Source: Pristiophorus japonicus
Taxonomy: Eukaryota
Reading direction: 5' to 3'
NCBI RefSeq assembly: GCF_044704955.1
Contig: NC_092010.1
Coordinates: 38,626,001 to 38,690,000, forward strand
DNA: 64,000 nt
Shown: positions 38,203 through 48,438 of the stretch, in pieces
Numbering within the stretch: the first letter of the stretch is position 1
How the letters are laid out: each line of letters begins with the position of its first letter
Notes under the pieces: generated by a model
Seen by the model: only the letters and a program-made list of their open reading frames with translations
What the model was told of the DNA's origin: nothing
Database searches by the model: none
Position numbers and translations under genes: made by a program

Positions 38203-38612
38203 TCATTGGAATTCAGAAGAATGAGAGGTGATCTTATCGAAACGGATCAGATTATGAGGGGGCTTGACAAAGTGGATACAGAGAGGATGTTTCCACTGAT
38301 AGGGGAGACTAGAACTAGGGGGCATAATCTTAGAATAAGATTTAAAACTGAGATGAGGAATTTTTTCTCTCAGAGGGTTGTAAATCTGTGGAATTCGCTG
38401 CTTGAGAGAGCTGTGGAAGCTGGGTCATTGAATAAATTTAAGACAGAGATAGACAGTTTCTTAACCGATAAGGGATTAAGGGGTTATGGGGAGCGGGCAG
38501 GGAAGTGGAGCCGAGTCCATGATCGGATCAGCCATGATCGTATTAAATGGTGGAGCAGGCTCGAGGGGCCGTATGGCCTACTCCTGCTCCTTTCTTATCT
38601 TATGTTCTTATG
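38203..38612 (+). mobile_element. CR1 LINE 3' fragment
   Basis: SLEFRRMRGDLIETDQIMRGLDKVDTERMFPL...FFSQRVVNLWNSL; TTCTTATG tail. Confidence 0.93.
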
Positions 38613-39038
38613 TTGGTCCAAGTTAGCTGATCTCATGCAGTGTGGCAGTTGGGGTGTTCCAATTGAACTCTGCATGTTTAGGCTGGGAAGGGGGAGAACA
38701 ATTACAGTGCTGCCACCACTGGGACACGTTCGCCTGCACTGGGAGCCCAGCATAGAGCAGCACTGCTCCTAACTGCTAGTCAGGACATGATCAGCTTCAG
38801 TTTAAAAATAACCATGTGGTTGAGGTAGTGGAGGACTGCCACCCCCACCACCTGTCTATCTGCATCACAGCCCTGGGTGCCAATGTGTCTGAACGACTGG
38901 GGGAGCAGGACTGAAGTACGGTGTATGGTGGGTGGCTGGTGTGAGCTTCGTTGATCCCTCGCCTGATAACTGGGTCAAACAGATGAGAGAAAATAGTGAA
39001 CAGGGTGGAGGAGGGTCTGTACATTATACAGAGACACC

Positions 39039-39197
39039 TGTGTGTAGGTGTTTCCAGGCAGTGACTTAGCTCAGTTGATGTTGATAAACTATTCGAGCGT
39101 GGCTCTCCTGTCGAAAAGGTGACATCTTGTAACACACTCTTGAGATATCCCACATAAAGTCCCAGTGCCGGCGCTGCAATATAACATTGCCTCTGTT
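39039..39197 (-). repeat. Interspersed repeat; uninterrupted paralog of 33012-33500
   Basis: Reverse complement aligns to the sequence on both sides of the TcMar MITE at 33030-33357. Confidence 0.8.
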
Positions 39198-40494
39198 GAG
39201 AGGTCGTGATAACATGGCGGAGGTTGGCTGGAGTTAACAATCTAAAATCAACTCTCGCTCCTTCTAATCTGTCCCAAGTCACTGTTAATAGACCGCTGTC
39301 ATCATGGTAGCAGGACACTTGATCTGCATTATCACATAGCGAAGGGCCCGATGACACAATTGCATCTGGCGCTGTTAATTTGTTAAGCCGAATGGACCTT
39401 TATATTACAGAACTGCTTCTATTCGAAGGGCTCCAGCACTATATGCTGGGGGATCTGCCCCATTGGTAGTAGCACTGTCATGTAAAAAGGACAAGGGACA
39501 ATTTAAAGCAGACACAGTCCAAACCTCCCACACCAACACAATAATTAGCACTTGCACTGCCTTCAAATGCACTGGAACCAAAGCAGAGAGAAACACAGGG
39601 CCCCTTTCCACGGGAGGGATAGTTCCAGGGCGAAGCCTTAGAGCTGCTTCCCTATCCTCCATCTCAGGTGAAGCTATAACCAAGGCAGACTGGAGGGGAG
39701 AACAATTGGGGTGGGGTGGGGAACCAGATAGTAAAATACTTTTAGTAAACAAGGCATGGGTGTGCATGTACCACTTGCCCTATTAGACGTTTAGGTGCCT
39801 GCTTTACGCCTGTAATAAGGGCACTGTGCCAACAAGGCCCATGTATTTATGGGTAGAATGCTTCAGTGAATACTCATAGCTAAAACGAGATTTGTTTTTT
39901 TCCATTCACTAACCATGAACAGCGTCCTGTCAGATCTTGTGTGTACTGATCATTTGAATCAATGCGATTTATTTGAGGTGGGACGCAAGGTGTGATCTTT
40001 GCTCTGCCGAATTCCTGATCTTGGCCACTGGACAGGTCATTGCCAGGCTCCCTCCCTACCCACTTGGCAGGATTGAAAGGGGCAGCCATTGCAGGCCAAC
40101 TGTTGCACCCAGCTCCAGAGCAGCAGGAAGTGGGAGACAAGCAGCCTGGAAACAGCTGTAAAGGGAGAAAAAAATAAAGACGAGAAAAAGGATTTGAAAC
40201 CATACAAAATGTGATATGGAGATGTTTTTTTTTTAAAAGTCTGTTGCAGCTGTTAGAAAGAGAAGTTCTCTCACTTCAAATCAGCTTTTAATACGCTGAG
40301 CTATGACTCACATTTCAGAGATGAGCCACAGGCTGCAGGCATCAGCACTGCTGTCAGAGGACAGAGAGACCAACATCCATTAAATGTCAGATTCAAGACA
40401 GCTGTCTGCAATATGCCTGACCTTTAACCCCAACTAGAGATGTGGAGGCTGTGTATTATGCTTGTCCTGTTCCTCCTCAGTGTGGTAACAATGA

Positions 40495-40998
40495 AACACT
40501 GCACGGCCCTGCACCAAGCGCGAGCTGGTGCAGGAGGGCGACGGCAGCGAAGAGGGACGTCAGCAAGATCCAGGTCGGTGATTGGAGCGTGGGCAAGTAC
40601 AGCAGGAGCGGCGAGGTTGGGGCGAAGGAGCGGCGAGAGATTGTAGAGGGACGTGATCGGGGCCCAGGAGAGGCACGAGTTCAGGGCCAGGAGAGCCGAG
40701 GGCCCAGCCCACACTGCGATATGTGTGCACACTAGGTCCATGCAGCAGAGCAGGTCTCCAGTCGTCCTGGTTAACCCTTGCCACAGGACCAAGACCTCGC
40801 TCTGTCAAGCCCGTGTGGTGGCTGGTGTGCAACGGCCACCACACGTTAAAAAAATCCACCCACAGGCATCTTCCACCCTTCAGGATGTAGTTCGGGATCT
40901 GGAATATTAGGTCCTTCATTGAAACACCTGTGAACTCATCCCTTTTCAGCGTGGAAGCAAGTCATCCTCGCTTCGAGGGACTGCCTATGATGATGATG
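40495..40998 (+). mobile_element. Non-autonomous retroposon with RTE-like 3' end and (ATG)n tail
   Basis: Ends GGAAGCAAGTCATCCTCGCTTCGAGGGACTGCCTATGATGATGATG. Second close copy at ~61310-61745. Confidence 0.75.
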
Positions 40999-41315
40999 CA
41001 CGGCCCTGGGAGAATCCAGTTAACATGTAAAGCATTCCTTATTTGCAAGTGCAAATACACACAATTATTATTATATCAAGTCATTTGCATAAAGAAATTT
41101 CAGATAAAAAGTAGAATTTGCAGTAGCACATCACTTGATACATTAAAAGTAATTAATGTTTTAAAATGTATCGCCACAAGCACAGCTTGCTTACATCTGT
41201 TTTGGTGCCACTGCTCCCATTTATTTCCTATACTCTTTACTTTTCCATCATTCCCAATGTCAAGAGGGCAGGCAGCCTTTGCCAAAATACCTTTGAAAAT
41301 CTTTGGACCTGACCT

Positions 41316-41711
41316 GGGACAGTGTAGAGGGAGCTTTACTCTGTATCTAACCCCATGCTGTACCTGCCCTGGGAGTGTATGATGGGACAGTGTGGAGGGA
41401 GCTTTACTCTGTATCTAACCCCCTGTACCTGCCCTGGGAGTGTATGATGGGACAGTGTAGAGGGAGCTTTACTCTGTATCTAACCCCGTGCTGTACCTGC
41501 CCTGGGAGTGTTTGATGGGACAGTGTGGAGGGAGCTTTACTCTGTATCTAACCCCGTGCTGTACCTGCCCTGGGAGTGTATGATGGGACAGTGTGGAGGG
41601 AGCTTTACTCTGTATCTAACCCCGTGCTGTACCTGCCCTGGGAGTGTATGATGGGACAGTGTGGAGGGAGCTTTACTCTATATCTAACCCCCTGTACCTG
41701 CCCTGGGAGTG
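41316..41711. repeat. 68-bp minisatellite (~6 units)
   Basis: GGGACAGTGT(A/G)GAGGGAGCTTTACTCTGTATCTAACCCCGTGCTGTACCTGCCCTGGGAGTGT(A/T)TGAT tandem units. Confidence 0.95.
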
Positions 41712-42059
41712 CTTGAGGGCACACTGGGTGTTCAAAATAGGAATGTGTTCCAATTAGGTGCACTGAAATTCTGGATATTAATGGGAAAAAAAGGATCATG
41801 TGAACCTCTGATTCAACAAAGGGTAGAGGAATATGCATTGAGGGAGGAAAATAGTCAGACTGGGTCTTGGTAGATGATGGTGTCTGTTGGCAAACCAGAA
41901 TGAGCTTTTCCTGTCTCTGCATTCAGCAAAAGCTGGAGCTCTGTGGATAAGTGAAGAACTTAAAGTTAAAATGAGACTTTAAAAAGGGGCAGATGCAAAT
42001 CTAGGGCTAATAATAGAAAGAAAATATTGGAGGGAAGGAAAAAAAGTTTTAAAAAAGCC

Positions 42060-43792
42060 ACAGAGGTGGCATGTAGAAAGACTGTCAGGGAACGAAGAGA
42101 AATGGTAAAGGATGTTATAGAGATCTAAAACGTAAAAGAATAGTTAAAGAAAGGATAGGGCAGATGAGAGATGAAAAAGGAAATTTTCTTATGGAAGATG
42201 AAAGGATTGAGGAAATACTAAATGAGGACTTTGCAGAAGTGTGGTTGTGGCAATGAAATAGGAGCAGGTGGAGCAATTCGATAGGATAACTATGGGATAA
42301 ATATGGTAGTGCCGACACTGGGCCCTGCTGGCTACATCCAAGAATGCCCAGAGAAGTCGGAGAGGGAATAGCAGAGGTCTTTCTAACAGAGGAGAGTTAC
42401 CAAAATAATACCTCTGTTCAAAAAGGGATAAACCAGTTTACTGTACACTAACCATCCCAACACTGGTTTTCAAGACCCAGCTTTTGTTTCTTTCCTTGTC
42501 CCATTACCATCTCCCTTTGCCTTGCACCATCATTCCTTTTGTCATTCAATCTCTCCTGCTTTCCACTCTATCTCATAGAAACATGTAAAATTCTGACAGG
42601 ATTGGACAGATTAGATGCAGGAAGAATGTTCCCGATGTGGGGAAGTCCAGAACCAGGGGTCACAGTCTAAGGATAAGGGGTAAGCCATTTAGGACAGAGA
42701 TGAGGAGAAACTTCTTCACTCAGAATTGTGAACCTGTGGAATTCTCTACCACAGAAAGTTGTTGAGGCCAGTTCGTAAGATATATTTAAAAGGGAGTTAG
42801 ATGTGACCCTTATGGCTAAAGGGATCAAGGGGTATGGAAAGAAAACAGGAATGGGGTACTGAAGTTGCAATGATCATATTGAATGGTGGTGCCGGCTCGA
42901 AGGGCCTACTCCTGCACCTACTTTCTATGTTTCTATCACAGACCTTCCCTTTTGTTCTTTCCTCCCTCCCTTTCCCAGCCTCTGTACTTGCTTAAAACCT
43001 GCTACATCTCTAACTTTTTCCAGTTCTGACAGAGGGTCATCGACCTGAAACGTTAACTCTGTTTCTCTCTCCATAGATGATGCCTGACCTGCTGAGTATT
43101 TCAGATTTCCAGCATCCACAGTATTTTGCTTTTGTATCCCAACACTGGTGTTGGGTAAGCTTCTAAAGGCTATGACACAGGATAAAATACATACACACCA
43201 GCATGGTTTGGGGTCCCAGATTTTATTACTGGGGCATAGAGTACAAAATCAAGAGGTAATGCTAAACCTGTACAAATCACTATTTAGGCCATATTTAAAA
43301 TGATGTCCGGTTTTGAGTGTCTACTTTAGGAAGGATGCAGAAGAGATTCACTAAGATGATACCAGGGACAAGAGGCTTTAGTTATTAGGAAAGATCAGGG
43401 AAACTAGGACTCTTTTCATTAGAACAGAGAAGATTAATAGGGCACCTAATCAAGATGTTCAAAATTATAAGGGGTTTTGACAAGACAAATCTGGAGAAAG
43501 TACTTCCGCTGGTCAGTGATTTGGTAACTAGAGGTGTCAATTTAAAATCGTCACCAAAAGAAAAGGAGGCTAGGAGGTTTTTGTTTTTCAATAGAGGGTT
43601 TATTAGGACAAGAAATGCCCTACCAGAAACTGTAGTGGGAACAGAATCCGTCATAGCTTTGAAAAGGGAAGTGTGTATAAATACTTGAAAAAGCACAATT
43701 AAAAGGGAGAGGGATTAATTGGATAACTCTTTCAGAGACTCGGCACTGGGCCAAATAGCCTCCCTGTGTGCTGTAAAATTCTATAATTCTTT
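42060..43792 (+). mobile_element. Old degenerate CR1 LINE, interrupted by nested insertions at 42468-43135
   Basis: Purine-rich CR1 ORF2 remnants (KRIVKERIGQMRDEKG...; MFKIIRGFDK...RNALPETVV) and AAATTCTATAATTCT tail. Confidence 0.7.
42468..43135. mobile_element. Inserted retroelement fragment with 14-bp TSD, itself containing a young CR1 (42575-42935, +)
   Basis: TSD ATCCCAACACTGGT at 42454-67 and 43136-49. Inner CR1 ETCKILTGLDRLDAGRMFP... ends TTTCTATGTTTCTAT. Confidence 0.8.
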
Positions 43793-44617
43793 CTCTTCTC
43801 TATCCTCAGTGTTGAAATCCTCATTGGCAGCACAGTCTCCCATTGGCCCACTCTGTTCCTGCAGCGACTCAGGGCGCTTGCAGGAAATTCTGACACGTGC
43901 TCACTCACAGCAAGGCCTGTGTGCTGCCAGTGAAGCATCACAATTTTGGGGCTTGTATTTCTCGTCTCCTCAATCATTTTCTCTACCAAATATCCATCCA
44001 GTTCCCTCTTGAATTTGCTGCCACTAACTGCGTTTAAACTGCAAGAAATAGTGAATATGGGATTTTAAGGCAGCCCATGGCCTGGCTTGCTGTAACTGGA
44101 TTCTCAAAGCTGCCTTTCTGTTCAAAGACCATTGAAAAGTTGTGTTTGTTGTGGATACATGGATACTTAGCTGTGTTTTGTGCCCTGCATTATTATTTCA
44201 AGGTGGAAATGATCTTTTCTTTGTTGCATATCTCCTTGGTCTCTAGACCAGCCCTTCCTGCAGTACTGTTGGTTGCTGGACCTTTCTCCACTGCCTGTTT
44301 CCAAGGTGCTGAGAGCCTATTACAATTAGAGGACTCAGCTAGCCTCATGGTTTTCAGCCAGATCTCTGCTACCAATATAGCATTTTTCAAATTTTGGTAC
44401 CGACCAGATAAACCACTATGGTCTCTTCTGCTCCTGTACACTCCTGTGTTCTCAGCTTCTTTATTCTGTCACCGTCTAAACAACAATTAAAATAAAAAGA
44501 TAGCCACTTAGCCGAATGATATTAGCACATCCGAAGACATATTAGTGCTTAATCCCACCCCTAAAGATCTGCACTCAAATATAAAGTTCAATCTTTTAAC
44601 ACAGGTGCCTTTAAAAT

Positions 44618-45462
44618 GTGAGGATAATGTGAAGAATCTACAAAGGGATATAGGCAAAAGTTTGGCAAATGGACTATAATGTGGGAAAATGTGAGGTTAT
44701 CCACTTAGGTAGGAAAAATAAAAAAGCAAATTATGTAAATGGGGAGCGATTACAAAATACTGTAATACAGAGGGATCTGGGGGTCCTTGTGCATGAAACA
44801 CAAAAAGTTAGCATGCAGGTACAGCAAGTAATCAGGAAGACAAATGGAATGTTGGCCTTTATTGCAAAGGGGATGGAGTATAAAAGTAGGGAAGTCCTGT
44901 TCCAACTGTACAGGGCGTTGGTAAGACCACACCTGCAGTACTGCGTACAGTTTTGGTCTTCTTATTTAAGGAAGGCTATACTTGCATTGGAGGCAGTTTA
45001 GAGAAGGTTCATGAGGTTGATTCAGGAGGAAAGGTTGAGTAGGTTGGGCCTCTACTCATTGGAATTTGGAAGAATGAGAGGTGATCTTATTGAAACATAC
45101 AAGATTCTGAGGGAGCTTGACAGGGTAGATGCAAAGAGGATGTTTCCCCTCATGGGGGAATCTAGAACTAGGGGGCATAGTTTCAGAAAAAGGGGCCGCC
45201 CATTTAAAACAGAAATGAGGAGGAATTTCTTCTGAGGGTTGTAAATTTTTGGAATTCTCTGCCCCAGAGAGCCGAGGAGGCTGGGTCTTTGAATATATTT
45301 AAGGTGGAGATAGACAGATTTTTGAATGATTGGGGAGTCAAGGGTTATGGGAAGCAGACAGGGAAGTGGAGTTGAGGCCAAGATCAGATCAGCCATGATC
45401 TTATTGAATGGCAGAGCAGGCTCAAGGGGCCAAATGGCCTTCTCCTGCTCCTATTTCTTATG
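44618..45462 (+). mobile_element. CR1 LINE 3' portion (RT C-terminus + 3' UTR), internally deleted
   Basis: YNVGKCEVIHLGRKN...QRDLGVLV...LYRALVRPHLQYCVQFWS; EERLSRLGLYSLEFGRMRGDLIETYKIL. Flanked by a 38-bp direct repeat. Confidence 0.95.
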
Positions 45463-46684
45463 TATAAAGTTCAATCCCTCAACACAGGTGCCTTTAAAAT
45501 AAGAGAAGCCTTCACAGAGAGTGAGGAGTTCAGTCATCTGTTTCCAAAAATACATTCACATCTATAGTCACCGACATCCCAAGGGCTGTTGCTGTGTTGC
45601 CTGTGGAGGGGGATGGAGAAGCAGCAAATGAACAGGAGCGGATAGACACGGTACAGTGAATCTAACATCAATGGGGCATGACACAGAAGAGAATCCCTGG
45701 AGGGCAGCGTAGGCTCAGCTGCAACATCCTCCATAGGGCCACCTTGCGAGAGCAACAGCATGAATCTTGCATGCAACATGAAGCACGTCTAATAGGGATC
45801 AGAAGTTATCACAATGACTCTCCCTTACTCTCAACTGAAGACAACAGGATAGAAAGTGCCTTGAATGCTCAATGCACAAAAAATGTATTTGATCCTGTTG
45901 AGTTTAATATTACATTCCTGCTTCATGCTAGGCAACTTGGCTAGATATAACTACCCAAACAGGCTGGTGCTGCGGGCTAATGTCAATCTCCTGCTGGCAA
46001 GCCACCCTGTGCCTCCTTGGAGTCCTTTAATTGTCAGCATGGTGGGAATGTTGGGGCAGCTTTGAGTGTCTTCCTTGCAGAAGCTCAGAAGGATCCTTGT
46101 GGTGACACCTACTCCAAAATTTCTATTACAGGTAGTATTAGGAATCTTTCAACAAGACAATCAGTAATAAAGTTAGCTAATATTAATTTACCTTTTTATT
46201 GACCACTTGTTGAATTAAAATAAAACAAAAATGATCATTTACTCTGCCCCGATCACAATCCAGTGACCCGTGCTGGAAAGTACATGTGTGCGCGCACATG
46301 TCAGGTGAAGACAGATCAGGTTAGGCTGTGATGGCCCTCACTGTACAGAAGAATGTCCACTTGGGTGAGTTACTATGGTACCATGGCAAACATAGAAATG
46401 CCAGAAGAGAAGAAAATCAGAGGGCGAAACTGGAGGGAAAAGGGCAAAGGAAATACTGAACGATAGCCATAAGTATATACAATGGCCCCATAATTCCTGG
46501 GGTCGTGATCCTGGCGGTTACACCGAGATGGTGCCCTCTAGTGCTGACACTGCTGGAGATTGTGGAGTCAGTGGGAGGGACCTCATAAGCATGGGACAGG
46601 GAGACACAAGCACCATTTTGGGTGCACCTCTGATCCCCATCTTTCTGCACCCTCTCTGCTCTGACTATACCTCCATAGGCTCAT

Positions 46685-47001
46685 GTATCTTTTGGATGAG
46701 ACATTAAACCGAGGCCCCATCAGCCCTCTCAAATGGATGTAAAAGATTCCACGCCCACTATTTTGAAGAAGAGCAGGGGAGTTATCCCCGGTGTCCTGGC
46801 CAATATTTATCCCTCAATCAACATAACAAAAACAGATTATCTGGTCATTATCACATTGCTGTTTGTGGGAGCTTGCGCAAATTGGCTACATTACAACAGT
46901 GACTACACGTCAAAAAGTACTTCATTTTCTGTAAAGCGCTTTGGAATAACCGGAGGTTGTGAAAGGTGCTATAGAAATGCAAGTCTGTCTTTCTTTCTTT
47001 G
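46685..47001 (+). mobile_element. Deu-domain SINE 3' half
   Basis: GATGAGACATTAAACCGAGGCCCC...GAAGAAGAGCAGGGGAGTTATCCCCGGTGTCCTGGCCAATATTTATCCC...ATAGAAATGCAAGTCTGTCTTTCTTTC. Confidence 0.88.
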
Positions 47002-47344
47002 AATGCAAAACAATTTTCCATTTTTTTTTTTGAAGAGCATCAATACTGAGGAACTGACATCATAAAAAGATGCCTCGTATCATAAATAGCGAATAACCTT
47101 TCCAAGGTACACAGCTGGCATCTGGTGGCAGTAAATAGAACTGCAATCATTCTTTTCTTATATTTTGGGGATTACCCAAACTCAACTGCAAATAATTTCC
47201 AAGTAAATTTGCAATAATGATGTCCAGTTATTCTTTGTGTCGGAACACACATCCAGTATCAACACCAGCTTAATGGATAGTGGCGCCTACATTAACAACA
47301 GCTGGCAAACCTGAAACATACCCAACATAAAACAAAAACAACCC

Positions 47345-47480
47345 ATAATGGCTCAGTTGGTAAATGTATGCCCATTATGAAATAAACCACATAGACCAGG
47401 AAGGAGACAGGTTCCATCCCTGGTCTGTGCTGAGTCAGTCAGATCTCTGCCAGGACAGCAGTAACGCCTTAGGGTTGGGC
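47345..47480 (+). mobile_element. Degenerate tRNA-derived SINE head (host sequence of the snRNA-retroposon insertions)
   Basis: TGGCTCAGTTGG (A box) ... CAGGTTCCATCCCTGGTCTGTGCTGAGT (B-box-like). Similar degenerate pieces at ~38620, ~55230 and ~34550. Confidence 0.5.
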
Positions 47481-47494
47481 GTCAGTGTCAGAGT

Positions 47495-47725
47495 GGTGGG
47501 GTGGCTTGACCCATCCACCTCCACGGAGGTGTGTGGGGGACCTGACCCATCCACCTCCATGGCACGAACCTGGTATTGCAGTACTTCCAGGAACGGTGCA
47601 CTGGCTCTAGGCCTTTTGGCTAAGAGCATTGGCGCAGAGTGATCCTTGGCGTGTGCAAGGTGACCTCTGGCGTTTGTGATTTGACAAAGAATTGGAACGA
47701 TTGGCTACGAATTTCAAAAAAAAAA
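47495..47725 (+). mobile_element. 5'-truncated U2-derived poly(A) retroposon (copy 1)
   Basis: U2 3' stem-loop ACCTGGTATTGCAGTACTTCCAGGAACGGTGCAC, then a U2 5'-stem copy GGCCTTTTGGCTAAGA, unique 3' region and A10. Flanked by GTCAGTGTCAGAGT on both sides (47481-94, 47726-39). Confidence 0.88.
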
Positions 47726-47739
47726 GTCAGTGTCAGAGT

Positions 47740-48060
47740 CACTGTTCGGCCTTTTGGCTAAGATCATGCGTAACTGACCTGACAGGGGAGTAGCCACCAT
47801 AACCCCAAGGTGGTTCTCCCTGGATCAGGAAGGTATATGCTTGCTTTTTTGGAAATAGGAGGTGTGTGGGGGGCCTGACCCATCCACCTCCATGGCACGA
47901 ACCTGGTATTGCAGTACTTCCAGGAACGGTGCAGTGGCTCTAGGCCTTTTGGCTAAGAGCATTGGCGCAGAGTGATCCTTGAATGGGCCCAAGGTGACCT
48001 CTGGCGTTTGTGATTTGACAAAGAATTGGAACGATTGGCTACGAATTTCAAAAAAAAAAA
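47740..48060 (+). mobile_element. Apparently full-length chimeric U2/U1 snRNA-derived SINE-like retroposon (copy 2)
   Basis: TCGGCCTTTTGGCTAAGATCA (U2 nt ~9-29); then ACTGACCTGACAGGGGAG...AAGGTGGTTCTCCC (U1 5' domain-like); then TTTTTTGG Sm-like site + U2 stem-loops III/IV; then a second U2 stem I; then 3' region, A11 and GTCAGTGTCA. Confidence 0.88.
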
Positions 48061-48078
48061 GTCAGTGTCAAAGAGTAT

Positions 48079-48438
48079 GAAAGAAAGAAAAATACTTGGA
48101 TTTATATAGCGCCTTTCACAACCACTGGACGTCTCAAAGTGCTTTACAGCCAATGAAGTACTTTTTGGATTGTAGTCACTGTTGTAATGTGGAAAACGCA
48201 GCAGCCAATTTGCACACAGCAAGCTCCCATAAACAGCAATGTGATAATGACCAGATAATCTGTTTTTTGTTATCGGTTCATTATCACATTGCTGTGTGTG
48301 GGAGTTTGCTGTGCGCAAATTGGTGTTTCCCACATTACAACAGTGACTACACTCCAAAAAATGCTTCATTGGCTGTAAAGCACCATAGGACATCCTGATG
48401 TCGTGAACGGCGCTATAGAAATGCAAGTTCTTCCTTTC
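48079..48438. mobile_element. Two Deu-SINE 3' fragments in inverted orientation (48079-48268 minus; 48277-48438 plus)
   Basis: ...CAGCAATGTGATAATGACCAGATAATC on the left mirrors CATTATCACATTGCTG... on the right; both SINE tails point outward. Confidence 0.85.

Noticed and set aside
47740-47935. Functional U2 snRNA gene
   Set aside because: Branch-point recognition region and stem II are replaced by U1-like sequence; followed by extra modules, poly(A) and TSD; no recognisable PSE or 3' box.
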